A stretch of DNA of 64,000 nucleotides from Bispira polyomma (lineage: Eukaryota), in contig OZ287748.1 of NCBI GenBank assembly GCA_965649765.1, positions 83,514,001 to 83,578,000 of the forward strand, written 5' to 3'. The position numbers and the translations under genes are program-made. The notes beneath the pieces were generated by a model. That model was not told the DNA's origin. It searched no databases and saw only the letters and a list, made by a program, of their open reading frames with translations. Numbering within the stretch: the stretch's first letter is position 1; every line of letters starts with the position of its first letter. Below, piece after piece: positions 1-13,208 of the stretch.

Positions 1-423
1 GTATTCTCCCCTGACCCATCCCTCTACCAAATGTTAATTGATGTGGCTGTATTTGTGTAATCCTGATGCAAAAAAAAAAAAAAAAATAAAAAGAATGGAC
101 TTGTAACCTCCTTAGCAGAAGTAATAAGGCACACACCAATAAAGTGATATGAATTATGTAAGGCAGTGAAAAACTTTAATAAAACAGGCTCATATGACCT
201 TGCCCCTTAGTAAATGACCTCATTGGTTTTACTATGTTTTATGTTATATGTAATTTTCCTTGTAGTTTTCCACTACTTTTCCTGTTAAGTGTTTCCCATA
301 AATTTATGTACATGTTCAAGGAGTACTTTTTGCAATGTTTGTGTTACCTTTATCAAACTTTTTTTTCATATCAAGTTATTATGCAGATATATATGGTTAA
401 GTAAAATACAAACTTAAACAGTT

Positions 424-673
424 TTAATAATAATTATTCATTTGATATGGCGCATTTTGAACATTAATGTTATCTAATGCGCTTTGACATTATTACCCCA
501 AGCCTGGGTTCTTCCACTTGTCAACCAATTGTATAGTCTCAGTTCACTCAGGAACTAGGTATGCTGCCACATACGGCGCACATAGACTAACACCCATTAG
601 TGGCCAGGTACCCATTTATACACCTGGGTAGAGAGGGACAACTTTGTGTGAAGTACCTTGTCCAAGGGTACAA
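424..673 (-). mobile_element. SINE family A, 5'-truncated copy
   Basis: Reverse complement matches 58450-58640 (cccttggacaagg...ccctctcta.cca.gtgtataaatgggtacctggcc.ctaatgggtgttagtct...ggggtaataat...gcgcattagataaca) with a (TTA)n tail. Confidence 0.88.
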
Positions 674-784
674 TCTCCAGACAGATTGTTTTTGACACAG
701 ATCATATATTTGTAATAAAAACACATATTATTGTGGATAAATAGCCTATACTGTATTTTATAATCAACTCTCTGTAACATGCAG

Positions 785-867
785 GTTGTTTCAATTGTGG
801 AGAAATGAAAATCATGATGGAAGAATTTGCTGAATTGAAAAGACAAAACTATCAGCTACAGTTAACA
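785..867 (+). CDS. Gene A internal coding exon (gene starts left of window); xCFNCGEMKIMMEEFAELKRQNYQLQLT
   Basis: Acceptor gcag|GTT and donor ACA|gtaagt; 83 nt, phase 1 in and phase 0 out; open frame with heptad-like pattern joins the next exon in frame. Confidence 0.7.
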
Positions 868-1069
868 GTAAGTAGATGATCTATGTTTTTCGGGGTAGTT
901 AATATAATTATCATAATCATTAAATAATAATGATACCATGAACTCCCATTAATACTCACATCATGACACTTTTAGTCAATCTATTTGAGGCTTTTTAACG
1001 ATATCTTTTAACAGTTTAGTATCTTTTCATTGACAGTTACTTAAATTAAAGCTCAAAGATAATTTTTTG

Positions 1070-1260
1070 GTTTCCTCTATTATCTGAAGGTGTTGGCAGA
1101 GCAAGATATTTTGTTTAGATAATAGAAATATTTATGAAATAAAAGAGGGATTTTATTATAAAAACTATAGGAAAACAAATGTGGGAGAATAAATATGGGT
1201 GTATAAATAAAATTATATATTTGGATAATAGAAATTCGGATAATAGAGGTTGTACTGTAT
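1070..1260. mobile_element. Tc1/mariner-type MITE remnant (relatives ~2497-2690, ~63202-63280)
   Basis: Inverted cctctattatc.ga / tcggataatagagg ending actgTA. Confidence 0.6.
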
Positions 1261-1280
1261 ATATGGTTTCTTGTATTCAG

Positions 1281-1496
1281 CTTCTAGAACTCAGCAATTC
1301 TATTGATTCTAATGCCAAGAAAATAGAAGCATCTACAGAATCCACCAAGGAACTAGTGAAACATCTACAACAGAATGTGTCACATGGACAAGGAGATATG
1401 CAGGACACATTGGTGAGCTTACTAGGAGGGATGGAAGGCAGACTAATTGACAAAATAGAGAACCTCACTCAACAAACTGACGCCACTGAACAAAGG
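1281..1496 (+). CDS. Gene A coding exon, coiled-coil-like (LLELSNSIDSNAKKIE...LTQQTDATEQR)
   Basis: ttgtattcag|CTT acceptor and AGG|gtaagt donor; 216 nt = 72 codons; lies within ORF 1179..1526. Confidence 0.8.
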
Positions 1497-2756
1497 GTAA
1501 GTGTGTCATGTGTATTATATATTTAAACAGTGTGGGCTTATATGATGAACACACCAGCACTAAATTTTAGTTTTTTTTGGCCAGTGAAAATTAATCAATT
1601 CCCAGTGAAAATTTGAACATGTTTTAATAATTTAACAACAAAAAAAGCCAACTGAGAAAATGAGTTTGAGTGAAATTCTAAAACAATTGTGATTTAGTGC
1701 AATTTTCTTCCAGCTGAAATTTCCACTTATAGAGTACTAACATGAACCGTAAATATGTATGTTTCGAAAAGTTTGACTTATAACCACCACACTAGTTGCA
1801 TAGTGGTTATATAAGTGTCTGCTTTAATATATCATTAGCCTATCTCAGCTTTGAGGGCAGTGGGGATCCAATCCAACTGCTTCCTGCATGTGCGAAAGTT
1901 TGCAAGGTACTTGTAATACTTGGAAGGTTATTCTTTGCCACTGCCTGTCACTTTTTTGTTTATTAGCAGGATTATGCAAAAAAAACAACAACAATTTTAA
2001 CCAAACTTTTTGGAGCGTTATTGCATGGGCCAAGAAACCATTAAATTTTGGTGCAAATATCTATAAAGTAAGTACATGTATTTACTATGTACTGTTTAGC
2101 CTTTTTTCTGTCCCTTGATATTGAAATTAGATCACTGTCTTTAGTGCTATTGCGCCTTAAAGTCCTTCGTTAAGGGGAGATTAAGCGCTATAAAAGTCTA
2201 ATTACAATTACATGTATTTTACCTTATACCTCAGAAATTATAAGGAAATGAGTATTTTGGTCAAATAAGTTCACCTACTTTTTGCTATGCTATCACATGT
2301 CCAATTTTTATAGGTCTAGGTGTGTAGCTAAATACATACCCTTTTGATTTTATACCCAATGTGGAGATTTATGCTCTAATAAGTGCTCCCTATCTTTGAC
2401 ATGTGTCAATCACTTGACTAAAAGCAAAATATGATATGGCAAACATATAGGTCTATTCATTTAAACATCATGTAACCTGCAATATTTCCGTTATACATAA
2501 AGTAAAAACTCTATTATCCGAACTTCTGTTATCTAAACATTCAATTTTCTAAACGCATGTATAATCTCCCAAATATATGGTTTCCTATTGTTTTATACAG
2601 AACTGGCTCTTCTATTTTATGAACATTCTATTCACTGAACTCAATCTTGCTCTCTGTCAACATGTTCAGGTGATGGAGATTCTACTCTGCTCAGTGGCCC
2701 TAATATCCCTGCTATTCATGTATATATACATTCCCTGTGTTGACACACACTTACAG

Positions 2757-2900
2757 GTCTCTGACCAGTCAGTGGACACAGTGTCCAGTGTGAGTTCGGT
2801 ATCTGACCTCTCCCAGTGTGTCTACCATACCAGTAACAACCAGTCCTCTACCAACAGCTCAGAGACCTCTACAGACTGGAGACAGACCAACATCATCCAG
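2757..2900 (+). CDS. Gene A coding exon, Ser/Thr-rich linker (VSDQSVDTVSSVSS...DWRQTNIIQ)
   Basis: acttacag|GTC acceptor and CAG|gtaagt donor; 144 nt, phase 0/0; lies within ORF 2577..2993. Confidence 0.75.
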
Positions 2901-3335
2901 GTAAGTGATGAAGGAAGCAATGTTACAACCAGTCCTCTACTAACAGCTCAGATACCTCTACAGACTGGAGACAGACCAACAACATCCACGTAAGTGATAA
3001 AGGAAGCAGTGGGCCAACCAGTCCTCTACTAACAGAGCAGAGACCTCTACAGACTGGAGACAGACCAACAACATCCAGGTAAGTGATGAAGGAAGCAGTG
3101 GGTCAACCAGTCCTCTACTAATAGAGCAGAGACTTCTACAGACTGGAGACAGACCAACAACATCCAGGTAAGTGATGAAGGAAGCAGTAATAGAAGCAGT
3201 CCTCTCGTAACAGCTCAGAGACCTCTACAGACTGGAGACAGACCAACATCATCCAGGTAAGTGATGAAGGAAGCAATGTTACAACCAGTCCTCTCATAAC
3301 AGCTCAGAGACCTCTACAGACTGGAGACAGACCAA
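2838..3335 (+). repeat. 89-bp tandem repeat (~5.6 copies) spanning the exon 3' end and 5' splice site
   Basis: Unit aaccagtcctctac...cagactggagacagaccaac..catccag|gtaagtgatgaaggaagc; GTAAGT at 2901, 2990, 3079, 3168 and 3257. Confidence 0.97.
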
Positions 3336-3935
3336 AAACAACCAGAATCAGTGACACAACAAGCCCTATCTATCTAATTAATAGATTGTTGTTAAGATAT
3401 TAAACCATGAAAATAGAGCAAAGCAATATAGTTCTTTGCTGCACCAAAATGTAACAGTTTTAAAAGACATTTAATAGGCATCTAGAGTTTTCTAAATTGG
3501 CCAACACGCAAAGTAGGTTTGTACTTCAGGTACCTCCCTCACATATTGACAGAGTAAACTCTATTTATGATGCAAGGCCCGTAAAAGTTGTATTTATGCA
3601 ATAACTAGAACCGTTATTGCCCTAAAGACAGCAATATTGGTTTTAAAAAAAGGTATAGGTAGAAATAGCCATACATAGAACTAAATCTAATTGATATTGG
3701 ACGTTGACTTAAACATTTATATATTTTGTCATTCTTTTTTATTCTTATGCCTCTTCCATTTCATGAACCTTCTATTATCTTGGTCTCCAAAGTGTCCAGC
3801 TAAATTGAGGTTTTACTGTAAATATACATATATTATGCAAAGTATTCACAGTAATGGTCAATTTAATTACACCGGTACCATTTGAGTTTTTGAAATGTGT
3901 AACTCTGGTGATTCCATACTAACTCTTACTTTCAG

Positions 3936-4118
3936 ACCGGTGACACTCCATCAATGAAGGTCTCCAATGCCTACTGTGCCACATATGGAGGGACAAGAAG
4001 TGTGTTACATAGACTCCAAGACAACCAGCATTGGCTCTACAGGTGTGTCTGTAGTGGCAAGTTACTGGACAGTGCTCAAAGGTTCTGTGAGCTCCACATT
4101 TGGGAATGTCCATTCTGA
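3936..4118 (+). CDS. Gene A terminal coding exon with Cys/His-rich end (TGDTPSMK...YRCVCSGKLLDSAQRFCELHIWECPF*)
   Basis: Perfect TACTAAC branch site at 3917-3923, ctttcag acceptor, 60 codons plus TGA in phase 0, continuing the previous exon. Confidence 0.75.
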   Translation, partial: TGDTPSMKVSNAYCATYGGTRSVLHRLQDNQHWLYRCVCSGKLLDSAQRFCELHIWECPF

Positions 4119-5274
4119 TCCAGTGTGAAAGGTGTGAGAGATTCCTAAAGCCTGATCACAGGCGCTATAATTGGTGTTTACTGAAATGAATTTTTATGTT
4201 GTACATGTTAAGAATTGGGGTTTGTTATAGGGTTGATATTAACATGGCTTATACTTAGCAATACTGTACATTCATATAAATATATACACATGTAGTAAAC
4301 AAAGCAAAGTCCATCTTTTTGTTTGTTATTTGGTTCACACTGTTATTCTAACTGGAATAAAAAAACCAAAATATACATACATCAAGAATAATGAATAACT
4401 GTAAGGTAAGGGAGGTTTTTGTTGTTAGAACAGATATATTGGTGAAAGGCTTGCCAGGGTACTGCTTCCATATATTTAATCACATCATCTGTGCAATTCA
4501 ACCCTTTGTGTAATAATGGAGCAAAGACGGGTATATTTATTAACGTTTAAAGTTTAAGGCATAGACTTTCTCATTTCATATCTAATTTTCATAATTCTTC
4601 CTTGACCATTTATTTAGTTCAGCATCTTAGGCTGCAACTTTTGATACCAAACATCACCAATTTATGTTGCACAGAAGTAAATATTTCCTACACCTTCTGC
4701 CATCCATATTCGTAAAAAAATTGCTTTGACAAATATCCATGACATATGTATGGGTGTATGGGAACACACACTGTAATTTAATATGTAAAAAGCAAAAACT
4801 TTGACATGTACATGTGATGTGTACAGATGACTTGTACGTGTAGTTGTAAACATGACGGTAGTTGTAAATGAGTATTATAATGTAAATTAGAGTTCTAAGT
4901 TATCCAGACTGGGGGATTATCAGAGTCAACATGTACTAGACTGAATGTATCCGTAATGCACGATTTCACCACTAGGGGCCATTTCAAACAGACACAGGTG
5001 CTGTAAAATACTTCAGTTGTTTAACAAACCTAAATTTCACTTAGAATTAGTTTATAAGTTAGTAAATTTCATTTAGAAAAACAATGTAAATTTGATTTCC
5101 CTATATGGTTTTCTGCTTAAAGTTGAAACCATCAAATCACTTAAAAGTTGTATTTACGTGTGTCCAGAATTTAATAGCTTCTATTGTCCCAATAATGTTA
5201 CCATCTTTATAGTAAAGTTTCTTTTTAAATGGCTCTAGTGTCAAATGGTCCCTTACATACACAGTTGCATGTAC

Positions 5275-5405
5275 ACCTGGCCGCTAGTGGGTGTTAGTCT
5301 TTGTGTGCGTCATATGTGTCAGCACAACTAGTGTGCTTCCTGAGGAAGCTGCATCATGAGAGTGAATAATCAGTTGACAAGTGGAAGAACCCTGGCTGTG
5401 GTGTG
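5275..5405 (+). mobile_element. SINE family A fragment in the putative gene A 3' UTR
   Basis: acctggcc.cta.tgggtgttagtct...gttgacaagtggaagaacc shared with the 424-673 copy. Confidence 0.75.
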
Positions 5406-6776
5406 TAAACTGTAATCTCAGATGAGACCTCACTAGGGGTAATTTCAGACTATAAACCTACACATTTACACATTTTATAAACTGTGTTTGTCTATGGTTT
5501 TCCTTGTATATACATAATGTGCTTATATACTGTACATCACCACAATGCAGGATTTGTGTCACTTGAATCTGTTCTAGGCCTTGAGAAAGAGACTTTTTGC
5601 ACACAGGTTTACAACGGGCTTGTGTATATTACTTTTGTAATTTTGTGTGTATGGATAAATAACCTCTCAGGGAGTCATTATAAATCCTCTGAAAATTACC
5701 TCCAGTATATATGCAATAGATAAGCATTATTGATACCTGCATAATAAGATGTCATAACCCGTGTACATTGAAATGCATTGGCATAGTAGATTATGAAAAG
5801 AAATCAATAAATAATGATTTAATATGCTTAAAAGTTATTTTTCATTTAATAGTATTCATTCAATAATTGCAATTTGCTTGTAATTCTCACAATTTTGTAA
5901 CGACCGCCCAAAGAAAAACAGTGATTCTTACTGAAGAAGTGTTTTGTTATTTGGGACATTTCCATTATAAAACATCTGGACAAAGTGTATTTGAATAATT
6001 GGCGCTGTATTTATAGAAAGTCTTAAACTTAACTCCTGCTTAAACTAAAATACCATATATAGAGATTTTGATATTTATGCGAATAAATGTTACCATTCAT
6101 TTTAAGAGAACTTTCAATGCGGAACTTAAATATGTAGTCAAATTTGACATACCTTTCCTGTGAACAAAAATATAGTAGGACAACTTATTAAATTGTTATG
6201 AGTTTTAGTTTGAGATTTTTGATGGTTACAATCCCAGGGCCGGCAGTCAGAAAGAGTCTTATTTCCTTAAATTTGTGTATCAAGGTATATGATTGGCTGG
6301 TCAAACTATCTAAAGCAATCTGATTGGCTAAAACTAAGAAAACTATTTGAAGCAATCTGATTAGTTCAATTTAAGAACAATTCTAAGAATGGTGGTTTAA
6401 GACTGTTTGTCAATAGGGTCCCACTTCTGTACAAATAGGTGGTGTCTTTCAATGATTTGCTCTTTTGTCCAGGTATCTTTTTAATTGGGTGGCAAAGAAT
6501 AAGAATAAACTAAACCAAAACAAGAATTACTATTCAATGCAAAGTGCACATAATGCTCAACTGAATACTTTTATTGCAATATTTTTTGTATTATTTTAGA
6601 CAAATCTACATGGTGATAAAAATATATACATATATATGTAATATGTAAAATGGCATTAACAAATATATTGCATTATCTCTTGAGTTTGTAAAAACATATA
6701 TACTCCTAGTGCTATTAGTATGTGTGCTATTTTAATTGTTGCAAGAATGTTGGTGTGATAAGAACTTTGCAAATCA

Positions 6777-6973
6777 AGCTAGCTGTACAAACTGACTTAC
6801 AATGTGTATGTTAATCTAGCTAGCTATACAAACTGACTTATAATGTGTATGTAAATCTAGCTAGCTATACAAACTGACATACAATGTGTATGTGAATCTA
6901 GCTAACTATACAAACTGACTTATAATGTGTATGTAAATATAGCTAACTGTACAAACCAATTTATAATGTGTAC
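6777..6973. repeat. 41-bp minisatellite, ~4.8 copies
   Basis: Unit agctatacaaactgacttataatgtgtatgtaaatctagct with few substitutions. Confidence 0.95.
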
Positions 6974-7012
6974 AAAAACTCTGTGATATACAAATATGTA
7001 AATGGTATCTGT

Positions 7013-7018
7013 AATAAA
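7013..7018 (+). terminator. Candidate distal polyadenylation signal of gene A (proximal alternative AATAAA at 4356-4361)
   Basis: AATAAA followed by a GT-rich element (ttgctgttgtttttgtgg). Confidence 0.45.
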
Positions 7019-7228
7019 GAGAACTTTGTTATCTGTTATATTTGCTGTTGTTTTTGTGGACCATTTTTATGACTAAAGCAACAGACAACTGACTGATGTC
7101 CAAGATTAACATTGATATCAAGCAAAACAGATATCTGAGGTCGCTAAAACACACCTCAATGTCTTGATATGGCAAAGTTTATTGTCATTTTGAGATTTTA
7201 GTGGCCAAGAATCTCATTTTTTTGTAAA

Positions 7229-7400
7229 ATTTATTTATTTTGGGTTTAACATTCCACAGATCTTGTATGTCATATCACGATGGCAAGTTGACGAGTAGAG
7301 GAAATCATAGCAATGCAGTTGGTCAAGGCTTTTTGGCTCTGTAAACCACCAGCCTTCAGCAAGACTACTGTGAACTTTGCCACATACAGACCAGGGCCTC
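7229..7400 (-). mobile_element. SINE family C, 3' portion
   Basis: Reverse complement ends tttcctctac...aacttgccatcgtgatatgac...gttaaacccaaaaataaat, like the 45885 and 59165 copies. Confidence 0.7.
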
Positions 7401-8398
7401 AGGTCTAGGTTTGTAAGTCAGATTACCCAAGATGTCCACATGAATTACTTGATCTCTTTACACCAAGTAGGACATTTTTGGCATTTAAGGAGATAAAGGC
7501 AAAAATGGAATCTTCAATAGGAGCACATTAGTATGTGTAGTAGTTTTAAATGTCTAAACATGGACAGTGTCAGTCTCAACCTCTAACTGCTTTGGTAATC
7601 TGTTGAAATCTGATGACTTGTTCTATTGTGCACTCATACAATGGAAAGAAGACCATTTAACATTTTTCTTACCATTTTGGGGTCACTGTATCTATGCATG
7701 GCCAGCAAAACCCTGCAAGTTTGGGGTATATTCTATTTGAAACATCACAGATTACCGTAAACGACCATTTCTAAACATTCTTGAAACATTTCCAGGCTTG
7801 TGATATAGGTGTGTACTTTAGCCCCCCAAACCCTTAAAATCAGCAGAAATCAAATAAACATTTACCTATTGGCCTAAAATTGAATGAAACCTGGCCTGAA
7901 AGATGTCTTTCGACATCCAAGGTCAAACCCATTAAATATTGTTTAGTGGTCAGAGTGACACATGTAATCAATTTAGTTTAACTTCCCGTTGTTAAATAAT
8001 AAAATAAACTACTATAAGAGGAATATCAGGCAAAACCAATACTTATACATGAGCTATAAGTCCCAAAATTTTTTTAAATTTAAGTTTAAAATTTATGTGA
8101 AAGCTACATTACAGAGTCATTAAAATTTGAGTTATTAACCTAATGGTAATATAATGGATTACTGTGTAAAGATGTCTACTTATTTAGGATAAACCTTAAT
8201 TCTGCAGGAATTTTCACAACCATTTTACATTTTATGATGCATTGTGTAAATAGATGGACCATATATTTAGATAAAAATAATATTTCTGCATATTATGGCT
8301 CTGCAATCTTTTAATGCTTTCCTGTTAAAATGTGGTTAAAAAATCCATTTCGACGTACATTAACACATTCAGTTTCAAAGAACAACAAAAGTTCAATA

Positions 8399-8958
8399 TA
8401 GTGGTGTTTTATAGGCTTACATTATGATTTGTAGTGGTGTTTTATAGGCTTACATTATGATTTGTAGTGGTGTTTTATAGGCTTACATTATGATTTGTAG
8501 TGATGTTTTATAGGCTTACATTATGATTTGTAGTGGTGTTTTATAGGCTTACATTATGATTTGTAGTGGTGTTTTATAGGCTTACATTATGATTTGTAGT
8601 GGTGTTTTATAGGCTTACATTATGATTTGTAGTGGTGTTTTATAGGCTTACATTATGATTTGTAGTGGTGTTTTATAGGCTTACATTATGATTTGTAGTG
8701 GTGTTTTATAGGCTTACATTATGATTTGTAGTGGTGTTTTATAGGCTTACATTATGATTTGTAGTGGTGTTTTATAGGCTTACATTATGATTTGTAGTGG
8801 TGTTTTATAGGCTTACATTATGATTTGTAGTGGTGTTTTATAGGCTTACATTATGATTTGTAGTGGTGTTTTATAGGCTTACATTATGATTTGTAGTGGT
8901 GTTTTATAGGCTTACATTATGATTTGTAGTGGTGTTTTATATGGGTGCATTATGATTT
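8399..8958. repeat. 33-bp minisatellite, ~17 near-identical copies
   Basis: Unit gtagtggtgttttataggcttacattatgattt head-to-tail with no spacers; one internal variant near 8503 and a degenerate last copy. Confidence 0.98.
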
Positions 8959-11900
8959 TGCAAGGATTAAAAATAGGTCTTATAGGACTGTAGCACACAG
9001 TTTAAAAGGATACAAAGGCCGACTTCATCTTGGACAAGGTCAAAGTGTTAGCGTCAGACATACGACATACCATTTTATTATTACAGTGACATGTAATAAT
9101 GATAATATTATTATACAGCACGTAACTCAATACATTTACCCAGCCCCTGTGGGCCTATAGGTCACTTTTAAACTAAAGATATATTTATGGTATGTATATG
9201 GGGTCATAGCAAAATACATTTTATACATAATTTAAGTTACTCAATTGCTTGAATTAACTTGCCAATTTACATTTTCCCTCATCTGTTAACCGCATAAAAT
9301 CAGAGTGTGTTTTGGCAGTGGTGAAATATGTCCAGAGTTTGACGAGTGTGTAGATAGTATAAATGAGGACATTATGATAAGGATTTATGCAAAAATGCAC
9401 ACTCATCCAGTTAATCTGGCTGCCATTCGTACGTCCTGAGAACATCCATTGTGTTCACATATATATTAACAACTTTTTATATTACACACATATATCTACA
9501 GGTCTAAGATATTGGAAAGTTGTTCTTGTGAGAAAGAAATTCATTTAAATGTCCTGGGTGGGTACATTTTTTTTTTGACGAGAAAAAGGCCGGTTTTGGG
9601 CTATGCCAGATTATCTCTTAGTTAGTATTGTTCAAATTGTTTTACATTACTATTGTCACTTTATGCTGTGTTTTTTGTGTGCATTTAACATGTATTATTG
9701 ATGTGAGGCATCTTCTAAAGCGCAGCAACAGAATCAATGGACCACTCGAGAAGTCAGATCGTAAGGAAGGATGTGTGAGTGAACAGGGAAGAAACAAATT
9801 TCGTGTAAAACTACTAAAAAAAGTGGCGTCACTAAAATATACACAACAGATTACCAGTATTTCATAATGACCTCATGTATAGTTCTTCAACAAAGCCTTT
9901 TGCAGTGGTTACACGTTGTTGTAAATGCACGTGACGGCATGAAAGTCAAATACTGAGATGACAACTCAATTCGGACAGATATACAAGTCTTACATACGTG
10001 TATAATAAATACTGTAAAAGAAACGCAGAATAAACACTGTCGACCACTAAACGCGAATATAGGTGTCAAAAGGGTTAGGATGGAATAGCCCTTATCAAGA
10101 TTGGCCAGCAAAAGAAGCTCATAATGATGATTTCAAAATTGTTGAGACTTTTAATTTTTATGATGCATATTTATCCGATTTATTTACTTCACTTATTATT
10201 TATGAGTAGTAATAGGTGAATTTTAATACTTAAAATGGCTGGTCATCAATCATAACAAAATTTAAATATTGACAACCATAAGTCACAATCTCCTACTGCC
10301 CATGATATTATTTTGTAAGTATAAAAGAATATTATTAAAATAACATGTTAAAACGCTCTCGTAAAACCTATATTAGTGCATTATGGCTCCTAGATTCAGA
10401 AAGGTCCCTACAAATTTGCTTTAAATGCAATATTGAAAGTTGTCAACAAGAAACCAGGGTCACGAATAACGTGTGTCATGATCATCCAAGTCTTAAGAAT
10501 GTCTTCAACTTTGTTTTTAGAAATACTCCTTAAGAGCACTATACTAAATACTTTAACAAAGGCAAACATGACTCCCCACTCTATAACCCAGGACCAGGCT
10601 TAAGGTTTTGTTGAAATTGAAGGGAGAAGGATATAAGTTTGAAAACGATTTAATAGTCAGTTTCATGTCAGCTCTACAATTTATTTTCTGAAAAAATAAA
10701 TACAGAAATAGGCTGATTTTATATAAAAACATAATTACATAGGTATTTTTTTGTATTTCTATGGTTATAAATAATATATTGAATCAAGATACATTTAATC
10801 AGTGAACATTTTTCACAACCCCACTTTTCAATAAATAGCTGGGTTTTTTTAAAAAAAAAGAAAAAATAACCTTTTCTGACTTTTCTGCTTATAACTATGT
10901 ATTTTTAAATTATTTTAGTAATGATGATAAAAAAAACACGTTAATAGTGAATGCCACAGATCATACCTGGTGTCGGCCCCATGTCACAGGCCAAATTAAC
11001 TCTGGCACTTTTACACCTTACAGGCACACCTTCAATTTACATCATTTCCTTACCACTAACCATTCTGGGAAATAAACAAAGTATTTTCAACATATACTTT
11101 TCAAAATTACCCCAACAAAATACGTTGAATATGTTAAAACAAGTAAAAGGTAAACTCAGTTTATTTTTAAAAATCCCCAATTTTATGTTACATTCTCCAT
11201 ACGGCTACATTTGTTCGTAGACTTTGTTGTAGACCTGACTTTATTTAGTTCAGAGGTGATGTGCCCCAAACATATCAAATTTAAGGAACACCTAATTCTG
11301 GCTAAGAGTAAACCTAGGGTAAAATTGGACTACATAGTTTAGTTCAGTGATGAAGGCTCTATTAAAATAAATGGTTACAACAATAGGTTATCTCCATGTA
11401 TAGTGAATCACAGACTAAAGTCTTCCTTTGATTTAACTCTGAGTTGAAGATTCAGGAGTTTCTTTGGAGAATACGGTCCCAGATATTCACGGGATAGTGG
11501 GATACTAAAACTTATATGGAAAAAAACTGCCACTATTTTTTTGTAAATAAACTTTTATATTATATCTTGATTTACAAAACTACAAATAAACGTCATCACA
11601 ACAATACAGCATCACATGTCCAGAAATCTCAGCACTCTGACCACTATGTTCTCAGTGACCACTAGTATGAAATCTGATCCACTAAAGCATGATGTAAATT
11701 GAAGGGGGTGTGCCTGTAAATGTACAAAAGTGTCAACCATCACTGGGAGAGTTGAGGGGCTTTAAGCTGCATTAATGAGTGGGATTAAAAGTGTAAAGTT
11801 ACCTCTGTTGGGGGTTTATTAATACTTGAACCTAAAGGCTCTGGTTGCAAACAACACGAGTGTGAGGAAATCAGATCATCCTTGGCAAGGTCATGGTGTG

Positions 11901-13016
11901 GTAATCATGTCACTACACACACTTATACACACACACTCACAAACACCCATGCATACAGACACACACCCACACAGACACACTCACATGCGGTTAACCGGCA
12001 CAGCCTTTCCTTATCTCCTCAAAAATAATCTACCTATTAAAGACATTCTCTTTTCTTGAATTTAATTCTCTCAAGCTTTCAAAATCGTACAGCTATAGAC
12101 GTCCGTGCTGGACAGACCTGTCGCTGACATAAGAAGGTGTTAAATATATGTGAACATTGTGGACAATTTTAGAGCAATTTTGGGATATTAACATTAGATA
12201 GAAGGGGTAATTTTCACTAGGAATTTATTTTAGGTATTGAGCTATTAGGTTGAGATAGTAAATATGTATTCCCAGTGAGAATTTTAACTATAAAATAGCC
12301 AATAGTGAAATTAACTTCTTAACAACTTTTAAATTTGTAATTTTTGTTTCTGCCAGCTAAAATTTCCAATTCTTCAGTATACATACACATCCACTGTCAT
12401 GAAGCTTAAACTCGGAGGACTAGCATAGTTTTAAAAGTCATGATTTTAAAGTAGTCTAGTCCTAGGCCCAATATTTCTTACAACTAAAAATGTAATAGAT
12501 TGTATAATGGTGATAATACCATAAGTAGTGCAGGGTTTAGTGATGGTGTTCCTGGGACATGCCCGTGTTCCTAAAAATATACAAAAAACTTGTTGTTTAC
12601 CTTACCGAAGTAAGTACTTTTATAAATGTTTGACAGTTTTAGGCATGGCTTTGTTATTTCTATGTATCCAAATAGATGTATAACTTGTAATTATTTTTTA
12701 TTTGCTTGAAATTTACAAGCATGCATTTGCTTTAATTCTGGGAATTGTTCATTCGAAGAGATACACTTTGGTAGTTCACATTATTGTAAAAATTATTACT
12801 ACTGACAGGTTTACGAATATGGTAGTCACTAATCTACTAGTCTTAGGTGATCAACAGTAACAGCAATTTTCTTTCAATTGAAAAGTTCATGTATGGCTCT
12901 TAATTTAAGCATGTTTTTGAAGTGATATACTCAAGCATATTTATACTAACTCAAGATGAAAAATATCTAATATATATTAACCTCTAAGACATTCATTCTG
13001 TAAAATGTATTGTCAT

Positions 13017-13208
13017 ACAACAGAGCTTTGGTCGTCATCAGTTGCCAACAGCATGTTCACATCTTGCTCGAGGATATTATCACATCAGTGACCTTATTAG
13101 GAGTCAACCTGGGGACAGTCGGGTCACTAGATCAACTCCTCCAACCTGGAATCCAACCGGGGACCATGTGATCACCAGCCATTCTCACCAAAACCACTAG
13201 GCCATGGG
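13017..13208 (-). mobile_element. tRNA-derived SINE family B
   Basis: Head cccatggcctagtggtt...ggtgatcacatggtccccggttggattcc; body caagatgtgaac...ctgatgacgaccaaag shared with the 24131 copy. Confidence 0.8.

Noticed and set aside
2838-3335. CRISPR array or tandem cassette exons
   Set aside because: The whole unit is repeated with only ~26 nt between a donor and the next unit and no polypyrimidine acceptor, so these are competing donors rather than separate exons.
8399-8958. CRISPR-like array (33-bp periodicity)
   Set aside because: Units are contiguous with no unique spacers, there are no cas genes, and the context is eukaryotic.
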